From an uncultured archaeon (GTDB taxonomy: Archaea; Asgardarchaeota; Lokiarchaeia; Sigyniarchaeales; SOKP01), in contig CAZWEM010000043.1 of assembly GCA_964632315.1 (NCBI GenBank), positions 1 through 42,013 of the forward strand: a stretch of DNA of 42,013 nucleotides, written 5' to 3'. The notes beneath the pieces are model-generated. The model made no database searches. It worked only from the letters and a program-made list of their open reading frames with translations, and was not told where the DNA came from. The number at the start of each line of letters is the position of its first letter. Within the stretch, counting starts at the first letter, position 1. Shown here in pieces: positions 8,718-18,761 of the stretch. The translations under genes were made by a program, and so were the position numbers.

Positions 8718-9875
8718 TTAATTTTGCACTTTATTAACAAAATATTTCTTATAAATCACGATACTTATAGCCAAGAGACCTGCAATTGCAGATATGATTA
8801 TAATTATTGTTAAAATGTCAGTGTCTAACACATTGATATCCTCTTTCCAAGGAAAATTTCCCTTATAGTTATTACTTGGAATATTTAGGTAATTATTATA
8901 AATAAATTGTTCGATAGTTTTGCCAGTTATTGCTAAACTTTGATTTGAGATATGAGTTAAATCATCGTGAGTTGTGTGATGATAAGACCAAGAAGGATTA
9001 TTCCAGAAGTTAATAATAAGATCTGCTGATGCTATGCCTTTCCCAACAAATGAAACATGATCATCAGTTATACTTGCAGAGATTGGATTTTTTGGGTAAG
9101 TTTCTGAGAATCCTAACTGGCGCCCAATTTCAAAAATTTCTTGTAATAGTGAAGAAGTAGAATACTGCTCATTGATAAATTGGAGACTATAGCCACCTAC
9201 CATATCTAATAATATCATGCAATCAAAATGTTCATTAGGATCATAAAAACTCTCTAAATTACTAGCAAAACGAGTAGAACCTTCGCACCAGCTCCAACCA
9301 TATATTCCATAATCATTATCATGGCCTTGATCCTCTGCATCAAAAAATAAGAACCAAATTTGACAATCTAATTTTGATCTTTCTTGATAAAGAATACGTG
9401 CTAATTCCAGAAGAGTTGCACATCCACTAGCTCCATCATTGGCTCCAGGTACGGGATCAGACCTTAAAGCGATATTTGGATCTTTTGTTGCTTTAGCTCG
9501 GGAGTCATAATGAGAGGCTAGAATTACAATGTTGTTGAATTGTTCATTCATTTTAAACACTATATTTTGGCATGCGATTGATGATACAGTGAAGTTATGT
9601 AAAAGATAAGTAAAATTTTCATCAATTTTTTGAAACTTACTTACGAAATACTCAAGACAGTCTTTTCGACCTTGAGTACCAGGAATTCGATAATCAGTGA
9701 GATTTAGATTTATTTGATCTCCGACCGTAATGTATGCATTATCTCCATTAAAACTTAACGAATAATCTACATTTCGAATAGCAGGAGGATTTAAGAGTAC
9801 AACAAGAATTACAGTCGGAATAGAAACAATAAGCAAAGATATTATTATAATTATAATTTTTGAAGCTCTTTTGAT
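8718..9875 (-). CDS. M28-family glutaminyl-peptide cyclotransferase-like protein with N-terminal signal/TM and C-terminal TM
   Basis: ASHYDSR, PGANDGASG, FFDAEDQG, WCEGS, LLDMVG, ITDDH, HHTTHDD; reading frame extends upstream of the TTG at 9836 to an ATC at 9875 behind AGGTGG. Confidence 0.8.
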   Translation of the reverse strand: MKRASKIIIIIISLLIVSIPTVILVVLLNPPAIRNVDYSLSFNGDNAYITVGDQINLNLTDYRIPGTQGRKDCLEYFVSKFQKIDENFTYLLHNFTVSSIACQNIVFKMNEQFNNIVILASHYDSRAKATKDPNIALRSDPVPGANDGASGCATLLELARILYQERSKLDCQIWFLFFDAEDQGHDNDYGIYGWSWCEGSTRFASNLESFYDPNEHFDCMILLDMVGGYSLQFINEQYSTSSLLQEIFEIGRQLGFSETYPKNPISASITDDHVSFVGKGIASADLIINFWNNPSWSYHHTTHDDLTHISNQSLAITGKTIEQFIYNNYLNIPSNNYKGNFPWKEDINVLDTDILTIIIIISAIAGLLAISIVIYKKYFVNKVQN

Positions 9876-9935
9876 TAAAATCCACCTATAAACTAATAAC
9901 TATAATAAAGAAAATAAAAAGAAATAAAATTTTTT

Positions 9936-10355
9936 TTATTTCGGCATAAACCCGAGATCTATTTTAGTTTCACCCTTGATTTCAGTTTCAAGAAATGTTA
10001 CCTTTACCGGTATTCCGATTTTGATTGTATCCGGCTTTGATTCATCTACTCCTACCAATTGACCAGAAATCATTGGTCCCTCGTCTAATTTTATTACAGA
10101 AAAACAGTATGGTTTCTTTCTATCGTATCCCTTTTCGATGAAATAAGGGGTTCCAACAGTGATACTTGTAAAAGCAGCCAGTTCCCCATTCCCAGACATT
10201 TCAACCCATTCCATATCAGCTGAATTACATTTAGTACATAACTTTCTCACCGGAATATACAATTCATTGCATTTCTTACAACGAGTTCCCATTAATTTCT
10301 TATTCTGGATAAATTCTAAATAATTTTGTATTGTAAAATCTTTTGATTCTGACAT
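9936..10355 (-). CDS. DUF35-type Zn-ribbon/OB-fold protein (thiolase partner)
   Basis: CKKC...PVRKLCTKC, MSGNGEL, IKLDEGP; directly downstream of the thiolase with AGGTGA ribosome-binding site. Confidence 0.92.
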   Translation of the reverse strand: MSESKDFTIQNYLEFIQNKKLMGTRCKKCNELYIPVRKLCTKCNSADMEWVEMSGNGELAAFTSITVGTPYFIEKGYDRKKPYCFSVIKLDEGPMISGQLVGVDESKPDTIKIGIPVKVTFLETEIKGETKIDLGFMPK

Positions 10356-10366
10356 TTTGATTCACC

Positions 10367-11626
10367 TCATTTTTCATAAATTGTGACAACACAAGTTCCT
10401 CCTGAACCTCCGAGATTGTGTGTCAAAGCTCGAGTAACATCGATTTTAACTTGTCTATTGCGTTCTGCTATTCCCCGCATCTGTTTAAATATCTCTACTG
10501 CTTGAGCCGCTCCGGTTGCACCTACAGGATGACCCTTACTCTTTAGTCCTCCTGATGTATTAATTGGTAAAACGCCATCTCTTTTAGATTCTCCATTTCG
10601 TACAGCTTCTGCAGCTTTCCCTTTTTCATAAAACCCAAGATCTTCCATAGCTAATATTTCTGCGATTGTAAAACAATCATGAACTTCCGCAATTTGAATA
10701 TCCCTTGGTTTTAATCCAGACATTTCATATGCTTGTCTTGACGCCTCTCTTGTTGCAATAAAACTTGTTAGACTATCTCTATCATGGAGGGATAATGCAG
10801 CACTTCCTTGACCAGTACCAGTTATCCAGATCGGAGAATCAGTAAATTTTTTTGCTACATCTTCAGCTGCTAAAAATAAACAAGCTGCACCATCTGTTAC
10901 CAAAGAACAATCGAATAATCGAAGCGGATAAGCAATCATAGGATTACTGCTGCTTTTGAGAAAATCAAACTCATCCTTCCAATCCGGAACATCCCTTCCT
11001 TCTTCTTGGTACCTTGCTTTTTTACTCGCCATCATATCTTTAATCGACTGTTGCATTTGAGCATACGGATTTTCAGCACCATTTATATGGTTCTTGATCC
11101 CTACATGCATCAGATCTTCAGCTGTAGTCCCGTACTTGTGAAAATGAGCGGTTGCAATAGTAGCATACAATCCTGGAAAAGTTGCGCCTGCTGGGTATTC
11201 AAATAAAGCATCACTTGCAGTAGCTAAAGTATCCGTTACCAATGCAGTGGGAAGTTCGTTCATGCATTCAACACCAGAAACTGCAATCACATCGTGAATC
11301 CCTGAAGCGATGGCTATGACTGCTTGTCTTAGCGCAATTCCCGAACTTGCACACGCTCCTTCGAATCTAGATGCTGGTTTTGGTGTTAAACCTACTAGAT
11401 TTGCCATTTGTGGCCCCAGGTGTCCTTGATGGTTGAATAGATCGCTCGAATAATTCCCAACATAGCACGCATCGACATCTTTAGGTGCAATTCCATTATC
11501 TACAGTTCCTACCGCATTTAACCATGCTTCGACCCACATATCCGGATTTCTTTTCAAGGGAAAATTTCTTCCGAATTTAGACATGCCAGCTCCAATTAAA
11601 GCGACTTTCCTTGCCAATTTTGCCAT
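10367..11626 (-). CDS. Thiolase, SCP2/archaeal type (acetyl-CoA C-acyltransferase)
   Basis: EGACASSG nucleophilic Cys, EVHDCF, GGLKSKGHPVGATG, HNLGG. Confidence 0.93.
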   Translation of the reverse strand: MAKLARKVALIGAGMSKFGRNFPLKRNPDMWVEAWLNAVGTVDNGIAPKDVDACYVGNYSSDLFNHQGHLGPQMANLVGLTPKPASRFEGACASSGIALRQAVIAIASGIHDVIAVSGVECMNELPTALVTDTLATASDALFEYPAGATFPGLYATIATAHFHKYGTTAEDLMHVGIKNHINGAENPYAQMQQSIKDMMASKKARYQEEGRDVPDWKDEFDFLKSSSNPMIAYPLRLFDCSLVTDGAACLFLAAEDVAKKFTDSPIWITGTGQGSAALSLHDRDSLTSFIATREASRQAYEMSGLKPRDIQIAEVHDCFTIAEILAMEDLGFYEKGKAAEAVRNGESKRDGVLPINTSGGLKSKGHPVGATGAAQAVEIFKQMRGIAERNRQVKIDVTRALTHNLGGSGGTCVVTIYEK

Positions 11627-11731
11627 TTATTTTTCACTTTTTAATTTTTGTTTTTTATTTGAATAAACTAAGATTATTGAATTTTCGAATGATTTTATTT
11701 CTTATTTTTTCCACTATGAAGTTTGATCTTT

Positions 11732-12961
11732 TTATTCTAATGAATGAGGATGATGATGAAAAAATCTTAATAAAAAAATAATTTCTATTAAAACTCCAAT
11801 TAAACTAATGATGAAGAGCATCATATATCCAAGATTCTCCACAATTAAACCTGCTAAATAACCTGTTGGAATATATCCCAATCCTCTGGCAAAAGTTATA
11901 ATACCATAAGACTCTCCTTTTCTTTGAGTGTCTAAATTCGTTAAAATCATTTGTTCTGATGGAATAAAAGTCACTACTGAAAATGCGAAAGAAATATGAC
12001 CAATTAGTAAAATAAAAATTAAGTGAGCTACAATGTTAGCTGACCATAAACTAACTGCTAAGATATTCATGATAAAAAATCCTATTCCAAAGAATTGGCT
12101 TAGGATAAGCGCTTTTTTACTTCCAATCTTATCCGTGATCCTTCCTGCGGGGATTTGAAAAAGCATATTGGTAATATTCATCCCCATGGATAATATAGCG
12201 ATATCTTCCACCGTTAGATTATAATAGCTCTTTAATCCCGCATTGTAAATCGAAAGAGTAAGTCCATAGACAAAAATATCTAATGTAAAAAAGATTAAAA
12301 TCGATCTTAATGTTTTAGTTCGTAAGATTTTCTTCCATTGATTTTCTTTTTTCACTTTTGTATCGATTGAAAACTCATCCTCAAGATGTTGAGTCTTATT
12401 TGAGAGCAAAATTCCATATATCAAACATTCAAAAGCCAATATCCCAATAAATATTTCAAAGTATGCTCTAGCATCTAAGTTAGAATCAGAAACAACAAGT
12501 ATACTGCCTCCTATTGTTCCTAAAAAATAGGAGAAGAACATAATTCCATATATCAAACCTTTTGATTTAGTCGTGCTTTCTGCCACGATAAATTGAGAAT
12601 TCAAATTATTAATTGTAAATCCGAGAAAGTATATCATAATGCCCAACACAGCGAAGAAAATGGTGGTTGGATTAGCAATAATGAGAAGAAATAAACCCAA
12701 TATATAAACGGGCATACTAATGGTGATTATTAGTTTACGATTGAATTTATCTGAGATTTTACCAATGAGGGGCATTGGTAAGAATTGAATTACGGAACCT
12801 AACGAAACGATAATACCCGTAATAATGAGAGAGTTTGTTAGCTCAAACAAATACACTTGATAAACTACGCTAAAAATATTAGTCCCAAATCCGTGTAATA
12901 GTTTAGTAATTGAGATTGCGATGAGATTTTTACGTCGAATTTTATCAATATGAGTTAACAT
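11732..12961 (-). CDS. MFS transporter
   Basis: About 12 TM segments; GKISDKFNRK and GRITDKIGSK motif A repeats. Confidence 0.9.
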   Translation of the reverse strand: MLTHIDKIRRKNLIAISITKLLHGFGTNIFSVVYQVYLFELTNSLIITGIIVSLGSVIQFLPMPLIGKISDKFNRKLIITISMPVYILGLFLLIIANPTTIFFAVLGIMIYFLGFTINNLNSQFIVAESTTKSKGLIYGIMFFSYFLGTIGGSILVVSDSNLDARAYFEIFIGILAFECLIYGILLSNKTQHLEDEFSIDTKVKKENQWKKILRTKTLRSILIFFTLDIFVYGLTLSIYNAGLKSYYNLTVEDIAILSMGMNITNMLFQIPAGRITDKIGSKKALILSQFFGIGFFIMNILAVSLWSANIVAHLIFILLIGHISFAFSVVTFIPSEQMILTNLDTQRKGESYGIITFARGLGYIPTGYLAGLIVENLGYMMLFIISLIGVLIEIIFLLRFFHHHPHSLE

Positions 12962-13078
12962 TATTTAAACGAATTGATAATGTACTGTAAAATCATATTT
13001 CCTACAATAAGATTTCGTTTTTAAGATGCTTAACATAATAGTGAACATTTTTATCCCGTTTTACATTAATTATTTATT

Positions 13079-13513
13079 ATGTCAGATTTAAAAGCAGTCA
13101 AATGGGAAGATTATAAAGTTGGTGACTCTGCAGAATTTTCTAAAACAATTACTGAAGAAGATGTCATGAAATTTGCTGAAGTGACTGGAGATTACAACCC
13201 AATCCATGTGAATCCCGAATATGCAAAAACCCAAATGTTTGGGAAACAAGTAGCTCATGGGGCATTAAGTTCTGGTTTAATTTCAGCTGTATTAGGAACA
13301 AAATTATTTGGACCAGGTATATTATATGGTGGACAGACTGTTAAATTCATCAAACCCGTGTATTTTGGTGATACGCTTACTGCTATTGCAACTGTAAAAG
13401 AAAAATTCACTAAAAAAGAAGGAAAATTAAAATTCATAATTGCTGAAACCGTTGTTAAAAATCAAGATGGAGAGATTGTCACCTCGGGAGAAGGGACAAT
13501 AGTCTTCATGTAA
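13079..13513 (+). CDS. MaoC/PhaJ-type (R)-specific enoyl-CoA hydratase
   Basis: FAEVTGDYNPIH (D-x4-H), VAHG, FIKPVYFGD. Confidence 0.93.
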   Translation: MSDLKAVKWEDYKVGDSAEFSKTITEEDVMKFAEVTGDYNPIHVNPEYAKTQMFGKQVAHGALSSGLISAVLGTKLFGPGILYGGQTVKFIKPVYFGDTLTAIATVKEKFTKKEGKLKFIIAETVVKNQDGEIVTSGEGTIVFM

Positions 13514-13543
13514 TTAATTTTCTTTTTTATTTTTATTGTTTTC

Positions 13544-15058
13544 TTAAGAACCAGCAATTCTCTTGGGAAATCGAGTTTGAGCCTTGAGATTTTCATGCAA
13601 TAGTTTATCTACTAGCTCAAATCGTTTCTCCCTAAAACTTTTATCATGCCATAGGTTATTTAGTTCGTAAGGATCTTCATATCGGTCAAAAATATCTCCG
13701 AATCCGGGTTTACTTTGATAAACTGTTAACTTATATTTGTCGGTTATCAGATGTCTTATCCTAGACTTTAAGGGACCGATTTCCTCATCATTTTCGATGA
13801 AACAGCAATCTCTTATTTTCACGGTTGGATCCCTTAAAATTGGCGTAAAATCAAAACCTTGCATATCAGGAGGATGATATCTCTCTTTTATTTCAAGCAG
13901 GTGGAGAATAGTTTTAGGATAATCAATAGAACTAACTAATGAATCAGAAACCGTTCCAGGTTGAGTAATGCCTGGTACTTTTATGATCAAGGGCAATTGT
14001 AAGACACCATTATAAGGGCAAGGTCCTTTAAAGAGCAAGCCATGATCCCCCATTAAATCACCATGATCACTTGAAAACACGACAATGGTATTCTCAGCTA
14101 ATCCCAGATTCTCTAAGGAAGCTAAAATCTGACCAATACAAGCATCTACATATCCAATAGCCGCATATGTCAGAGCAGTGATTTTTTTTACCTCTTCCTC
14201 AGTGCTTTCTCTTATAAATGCCTTTTTGAAAGGTGGGTTCTTTAAATGATAACCCAAATATTCATGTTGATATAAATTCTGAATATCATCGAAATTAGGA
14301 GGGAGATCCATATCTTCAGGTCTATAGAGATCTTGAAATCCTTTAGGAGGATAAATAGGATAATGAGGGTCGGGAAATGAACAATGTAAATAAAATGGTT
14401 TTTTTCCATATTTCCCTTGGGCATAATTTTCTAAAAAATTTAACGTTCTTTCTTTAACATAAGTAGTATTGTAGAGATCTTCTGGAATTTCATCACAATA
14501 AAGACTAAAGAGTAGATCGTAATTTTTCACCTTTTTCCGCATTTCATCAGCGATTTTTGGGGCTTTTTCCTCTAGCCATCCCAAATAATGCCCAGCACAT
14601 ATCGTACCATTTCCAGAGACAACTTCAACATCTTCATAACCATAATAAGGCTTAGGAAAATTCTTAGAAGTAATTTTTTTATCTGCCCAATCATCTAAAC
14701 CTTCCATAGAATGATACTTATGTTTAAATGGAGCCATCCAATATTGATGGTGAATTTTACCTCTAGCTGCGGTGTACCAACCTCTTTTCCTTAATGTTTC
14801 AATTATGGTAGGGATATTTTCAGATAAATTCATTCCATTACTTCTTATTCCGTGAACATTAGGATAGACTCCTGTAATCAAAGTAGCCCGGTTGGGCATG
14901 CAAATTGGATTTGCACAAAAGTAATTAGAAAAGCGAATCCCATCACTTGCAAGACGATCTATGTTAGGTGTTTTTAATATAGCATTTCCATAGCATCCCA
15001 GATGATCAACTCGTTGAGCATCCGTAATAATAAATAAAACATTTTTCTTCTCAGTCAT
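13544..15058 (-). CDS. Formylglycine-dependent (Cys-type) sulfatase
   Basis: ITDAQR, CMPNRATLITG (CxPxR), GKIH, PDPH, SDHGD, LFKG; start at MTEKK (15058) behind GGTG. Confidence 0.92.
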   Translation of the reverse strand: MTEKKNVLFIITDAQRVDHLGCYGNAILKTPNIDRLASDGIRFSNYFCANPICMPNRATLITGVYPNVHGIRSNGMNLSENIPTIIETLRKRGWYTAARGKIHHQYWMAPFKHKYHSMEGLDDWADKKITSKNFPKPYYGYEDVEVVSGNGTICAGHYLGWLEEKAPKIADEMRKKVKNYDLLFSLYCDEIPEDLYNTTYVKERTLNFLENYAQGKYGKKPFYLHCSFPDPHYPIYPPKGFQDLYRPEDMDLPPNFDDIQNLYQHEYLGYHLKNPPFKKAFIRESTEEEVKKITALTYAAIGYVDACIGQILASLENLGLAENTIVVFSSDHGDLMGDHGLLFKGPCPYNGVLQLPLIIKVPGITQPGTVSDSLVSSIDYPKTILHLLEIKERYHPPDMQGFDFTPILRDPTVKIRDCCFIENDEEIGPLKSRIRHLITDKYKLTVYQSKPGFGDIFDRYEDPYELNNLWHDKSFREKRFELVDKLLHENLKAQTRFPKRIAGS

Positions 15059-15070
15059 TTGATACACCAA

Positions 15071-15403
15071 TTATTTCTTTTTCTCAAGAAGGCGGTGATA
15101 TGCTTGATAATTACCTTCATCTTTCTTAGTCCATTCTAAGTATTTCTTACATGGAAATAGGCTGCATTCAGAACAGTATAAAATATCTTTTTCACGAATA
15201 CATTTTCGAATCCAACAATCTGGACTCCACATTTGATTTTCGGGAGCAATACAACCATTACAATGAAAGTCTTGTGGTTTCACATCTTCCCATGATCCTT
15301 TAAAGTGTTTCGCTAATTTTTGGGCAATTTGAGGATCAGTCGGGGCAAGATGAATATTACATCTATAGCACTCTATTCCGCATACTCCAATTAAATCTTT
15401 CAT
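15071..15403 (-). CDS. DUF3795-like Cys-rich small protein
   Basis: VCGIECYRC...CNGC...CWIRKC...CSECSLFPC pattern. Confidence 0.85.
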   Translation of the reverse strand: MKDLIGVCGIECYRCNIHLAPTDPQIAQKLAKHFKGSWEDVKPQDFHCNGCIAPENQMWSPDCWIRKCIREKDILYCSECSLFPCKKYLEWTKKDEGNYQAYHRLLEKKK

Positions 15404-15427
15404 AATTAACTTGAATCATCATTAATT

Positions 15428-15973
15428 TTAATATTCTATCCCAAATCGAGCTTTTATACCTTTAGAAGCATAATAATGCTTTATTAATGTCATTTCAGTG
15501 AGCAAATCCGCTTCTTGTTTAATTTTTGGATGCATTTTTGGCCCTCCAGTTAAGATTAATTCCACTTTTGGTGGCTTTTTTTTAATCAATCCTAAAACGT
15601 CATTGACATCTACCACTCCATATTCTACTGCTACTCCTATTTCATCCAAAATAACAATATCATATTCATCACTCAAGATAATCTCTTCAGCAAACTTTAA
15701 TGCTTTTCTACCCTCTTCTAAATCGATTTCTTCTGGACTAGCTATCAATTTATCGGTTCCAAACTGTTTAAGTTCAAAATTTGGAGTGTTTTTTATTGCT
15801 TTTACCTCTCCATAAGCAGTATCTCCTTTCATGAATTGAATCATGTAAACTTTGAACCCGTGTCCTGTTGCCCGAAATCCTTGACCAAGTGCAGCAGTGG
15901 TTTTTCCCTTACCCCTACCAAAATATACTTGAACCATTCCTTGCGATAATCTCTTACGAGTCATTCCATTCAC
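15428..15973 (-). CDS. Cob(I)yrinic acid a,c-diamide / cob(I)alamin adenosyltransferase, CobA/BtuR/CobO type
   Basis: YFGRGKGKTTAALG, IQFMKG, ILDEI, ELILTG, ADLLTEM, GIEY. Confidence 0.93.
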   Translation of the reverse strand: MNGMTRKRLSQGMVQVYFGRGKGKTTAALGQGFRATGHGFKVYMIQFMKGDTAYGEVKAIKNTPNFELKQFGTDKLIASPEEIDLEEGRKALKFAEEIILSDEYDIVILDEIGVAVEYGVVDVNDVLGLIKKKPPKVELILTGGPKMHPKIKQEADLLTEMTLIKHYYASKGIKARFGIEY

Positions 15974-16050
15974 GTATTTTAATTATCTTTTTTTCATACT
16001 AATAATTATAAAATAGTTAAGGGAAATAATTTAATTATTGCTATTAAACA

Positions 16051-17181
16051 ATGATTAATAGGGATTTGAAATATAAAATGGCTAAAATAGAAAGAGATGA
16101 AGTTTATAGAGAATTACAAGTTCATTTGGATAAGATGCCCGTAGGATTTCCAGCAACTAAATCCGGTTCAGATATTCGGGTTTTAAAACATTTATTCTCG
16201 CCAGAGGAAGCAAAAATTGCAACGTTCTTGAAATTTGGATGGGATAGAGATCTTGAAACTATTGATACTATCTATGATCGAGCTAAAGATAGTGGCTATA
16301 CTAAAGATGAACTTGAATCTAAATTAGATGAAATGGGTAAGAAGGGGCTTATCATGACGAAGAGAGAATCCGGGCAGAAATTTTATGGTAATGCTTTACT
16401 AATGGTGGGAATATTTGAATTCCAAGTAAATCGCCTCAAAAAAGAGTTTATCAAAGATTTTCATGATTATTTTGACCAAGGGTGGCTTCCAGAAGCATTT
16501 AAAGTAAAGGGAGCACAACTCAGGACCATTCCCGTAGAAAAAAGCATAACTATGGAACACAATGTCGCTGATTTTGATAATCTTTCAAAGTTATTAGAAA
16601 CCACTACTGGCCCTTATATGGTGACAAATTGTATCTGTAAGCAACTAAAGGACATGGAAGGTCAACCCTGTAAAGTTACAGCCCGTCGAGAAGTTTGCAT
16701 GGGATTCGGAAACGCAGCTCAATTATATATTGATCAAGGTTGGGGCAGAGAAATTACTAAGGATGAAGCGATTGATATTCTTAATAAAAACCAAGACGAG
16801 GGCCTAGTATTGCAGCCAGATAATGCTCAAGAATTAAGTTTTATTTGTTCTTGTTGCTCTTGTTGTTGTGAATCATTGACAAGATACCTTAAAATCCCCT
16901 ATCCTGGAAAAGTTTCAATAAGTAATTTCTATACTGAAATAGATGAAGATTTATGCACTGGCTGTGGGACATGCATCGAAATATGCCCCATGGAAGCAAT
17001 AGAACCTTTAAATAACATTTCAATGATTAAACGTGAGAGATGTATAGGTTGTGGGAATTGTGTAGCAAAATGTCCTTCAGATGCGATCTCACTAAATAAG
17101 AAAGAAAAAGAATTTGTACCATATAAAACCATGGATGATCTATTTGATAGGATAATGCAACGAAAATTAGCTCAAAAATAA
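16051..17181 (+). CDS. Fe-S protein: N-terminal HTH-like region, Cys cluster and C-terminal 2x[4Fe-4S] ferredoxin domain
   Basis: CICK, C...C, ICSCCSCCC, CTGCGTCIEICP, CIGCGNCVAKCP; true start may be ATG 16078. Confidence 0.88.
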   Translation: MINRDLKYKMAKIERDEVYRELQVHLDKMPVGFPATKSGSDIRVLKHLFSPEEAKIATFLKFGWDRDLETIDTIYDRAKDSGYTKDELESKLDEMGKKGLIMTKRESGQKFYGNALLMVGIFEFQVNRLKKEFIKDFHDYFDQGWLPEAFKVKGAQLRTIPVEKSITMEHNVADFDNLSKLLETTTGPYMVTNCICKQLKDMEGQPCKVTARREVCMGFGNAAQLYIDQGWGREITKDEAIDILNKNQDEGLVLQPDNAQELSFICSCCSCCCESLTRYLKIPYPGKVSISNFYTEIDEDLCTGCGTCIEICPMEAIEPLNNISMIKRERCIGCGNCVAKCPSDAISLNKKEKEFVPYKTMDDLFDRIMQRKLAQK

Positions 17182-17303
17182 TTAACTCTTATCTTAAATA
17201 ATCACATTATTATTTCATAAAAACTTGAATTAAAATATTAGAGAATAACTCTCATTTGGAAGGTTTAAATACTCTATTTTTCTTAAAAATATGGGATAAG
17301 CTT

Positions 17304-17429
17304 ATGGGGAATAAAAAAGATAAAGAATATGGAGTAGTTTTAAAAAGAAATAAAAAATTTCGATTTAAAATTTTCCCTCAAAAGGGTAAAATTCCAAAAG
17401 AAGAAGATGAAACATATAAAATTGTTTGA
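17304..17429 (+). CDS. Small basic hypothetical protein (41 aa), absent from the ORF track
   Basis: ATG-to-TGA ORF MGNKKDKEYGVVLKRNKKFRFKIFPQKGKIPKEEDETYKIV in a ~400-bp gap; purine-rich coding-like composition. Confidence 0.55.
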   Translation: MGNKKDKEYGVVLKRNKKFRFKIFPQKGKIPKEEDETYKIV

Positions 17430-17578
17430 TCATCGCAAAAAATTTGTTTTTTCAAATTAGATTTTTATGTATTATAGTTAACTTTATCCAAAAGTTTTAG
17501 GAGATTTAAAGTCAATTATATAAGTTCCATAAACAATTTCTATTATAGAAATTACAATGAAATTTTAAAGTTTTAATC

Positions 17579-18718
17579 ATGTATTCAAAACCAAAAAAAA
17601 TTGGTCCAATTGAAATTAAAAATCGATTTGTAAGGTCTGCAACTTTTGAAGGAATGGCTACTGAAGATGGTTATGTTACTGAAAAGCATTTAGAATTATA
17701 CAAGAATTTGGCTCAAGGTGGAGTTGGATTAATAATTACAGGTTATGCATATGTTCAAGAAAACGGAAGAGCATTCGATAAACAAACTGGTGTTAGTAAA
17801 GATGAATTTATTCCTGGCTTACGTAAAATTGCTGAAATCGTTCATAAAAATGGAAAAGGCTGCAAAGTCACATTGCAAATAGCACATTGTGGACGCCAAT
17901 CCAGAATTCTTGAAAACACTATTGCTCCTTCAGCACTGGAGGAAAAATTAACTAGGAAAATGCCTAGAGAAATGACTAAGGAGGAAATTGAAGAATTAAT
18001 TGATGCTTTTGCTCATGCCATTAGAAGGGCAAAAGAAGCAGGATACGACGCTGTACAGCTACACGGTGCTCATGGATATATCATTACTCAATTTTTATCT
18101 CCTTATATCAACATCAGAAAGGATGAATATGGAGGAAACTTAGAGAATCGAGTCAGATTCCTTGAGGAAATATATAGCAAAGGTATTGAATTAGTAGGGA
18201 AAGATTTTCCTATCTTTATAAAAATGAACGCAGTTGATTTTGTAGAAGGAGGGTCAACCTTGGAAGAATCAATTGAAGTTGCTAAAAAGTTAGAAAAGAT
18301 AGGTTATGCTGCTATAGAAGTTAGCGCTGGAATCTGGGAGGTGGCAAAAATGAAAAAGAAGGATCTTGGGTGGAAACCAACCTTTTTACCAGAAAGTAGG
18401 ATATTTATTGGAACTATGAATGAACCAGCTTATAACTTAGTTTATGCAAGAGAATTTAAGAAAAATCTTAAAATCCCTGTAATTGTAATTGGCGGAATTA
18501 ATTCCCTTGATCTGGTTGAAGAAATTTTGTCTACAAATAGTGCTGACTTTGTATCCTTTTCTAGACCATTAATTCGCGAACCAAATCTTCCAAATCGATG
18601 GATGAAAGGTATTGGAAATCGAGAAGTTGAATGCATATTTTGTAATGGTTGTTTGTCAACAACAGTCGATCCTGGTTTAAGTTGTACCAAGATATTAGAA
18701 AAAGATGAAAAGGAGTAA
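17579..18718 (+). CDS. NADH:flavin oxidoreductase (Old Yellow Enzyme family)
   Basis: KNRFVRSAT, GGVGLIITG, QIAHCGRQ, AGYDAVQLHGAHGY, SRPLIREP, C-terminal CIFCNGC. Confidence 0.93.
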   Translation: MYSKPKKIGPIEIKNRFVRSATFEGMATEDGYVTEKHLELYKNLAQGGVGLIITGYAYVQENGRAFDKQTGVSKDEFIPGLRKIAEIVHKNGKGCKVTLQIAHCGRQSRILENTIAPSALEEKLTRKMPREMTKEEIEELIDAFAHAIRRAKEAGYDAVQLHGAHGYIITQFLSPYINIRKDEYGGNLENRVRFLEEIYSKGIELVGKDFPIFIKMNAVDFVEGGSTLEESIEVAKKLEKIGYAAIEVSAGIWEVAKMKKKDLGWKPTFLPESRIFIGTMNEPAYNLVYAREFKKNLKIPVIVIGGINSLDLVEEILSTNSADFVSFSRPLIREPNLPNRWMKGIGNREVECIFCNGCLSTTVDPGLSCTKILEKDEKE

Positions 18719-18761
18719 TTTTGATTACCATTTAATTAAAAAATTTCTTATTCGTGATCTT

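Noticed and set aside
10367-11626. Ltp2-like steroid aldolase
   Set aside because: The nucleophilic Cys (EGACASS) and HDCF are intact, consistent with a true thiolase
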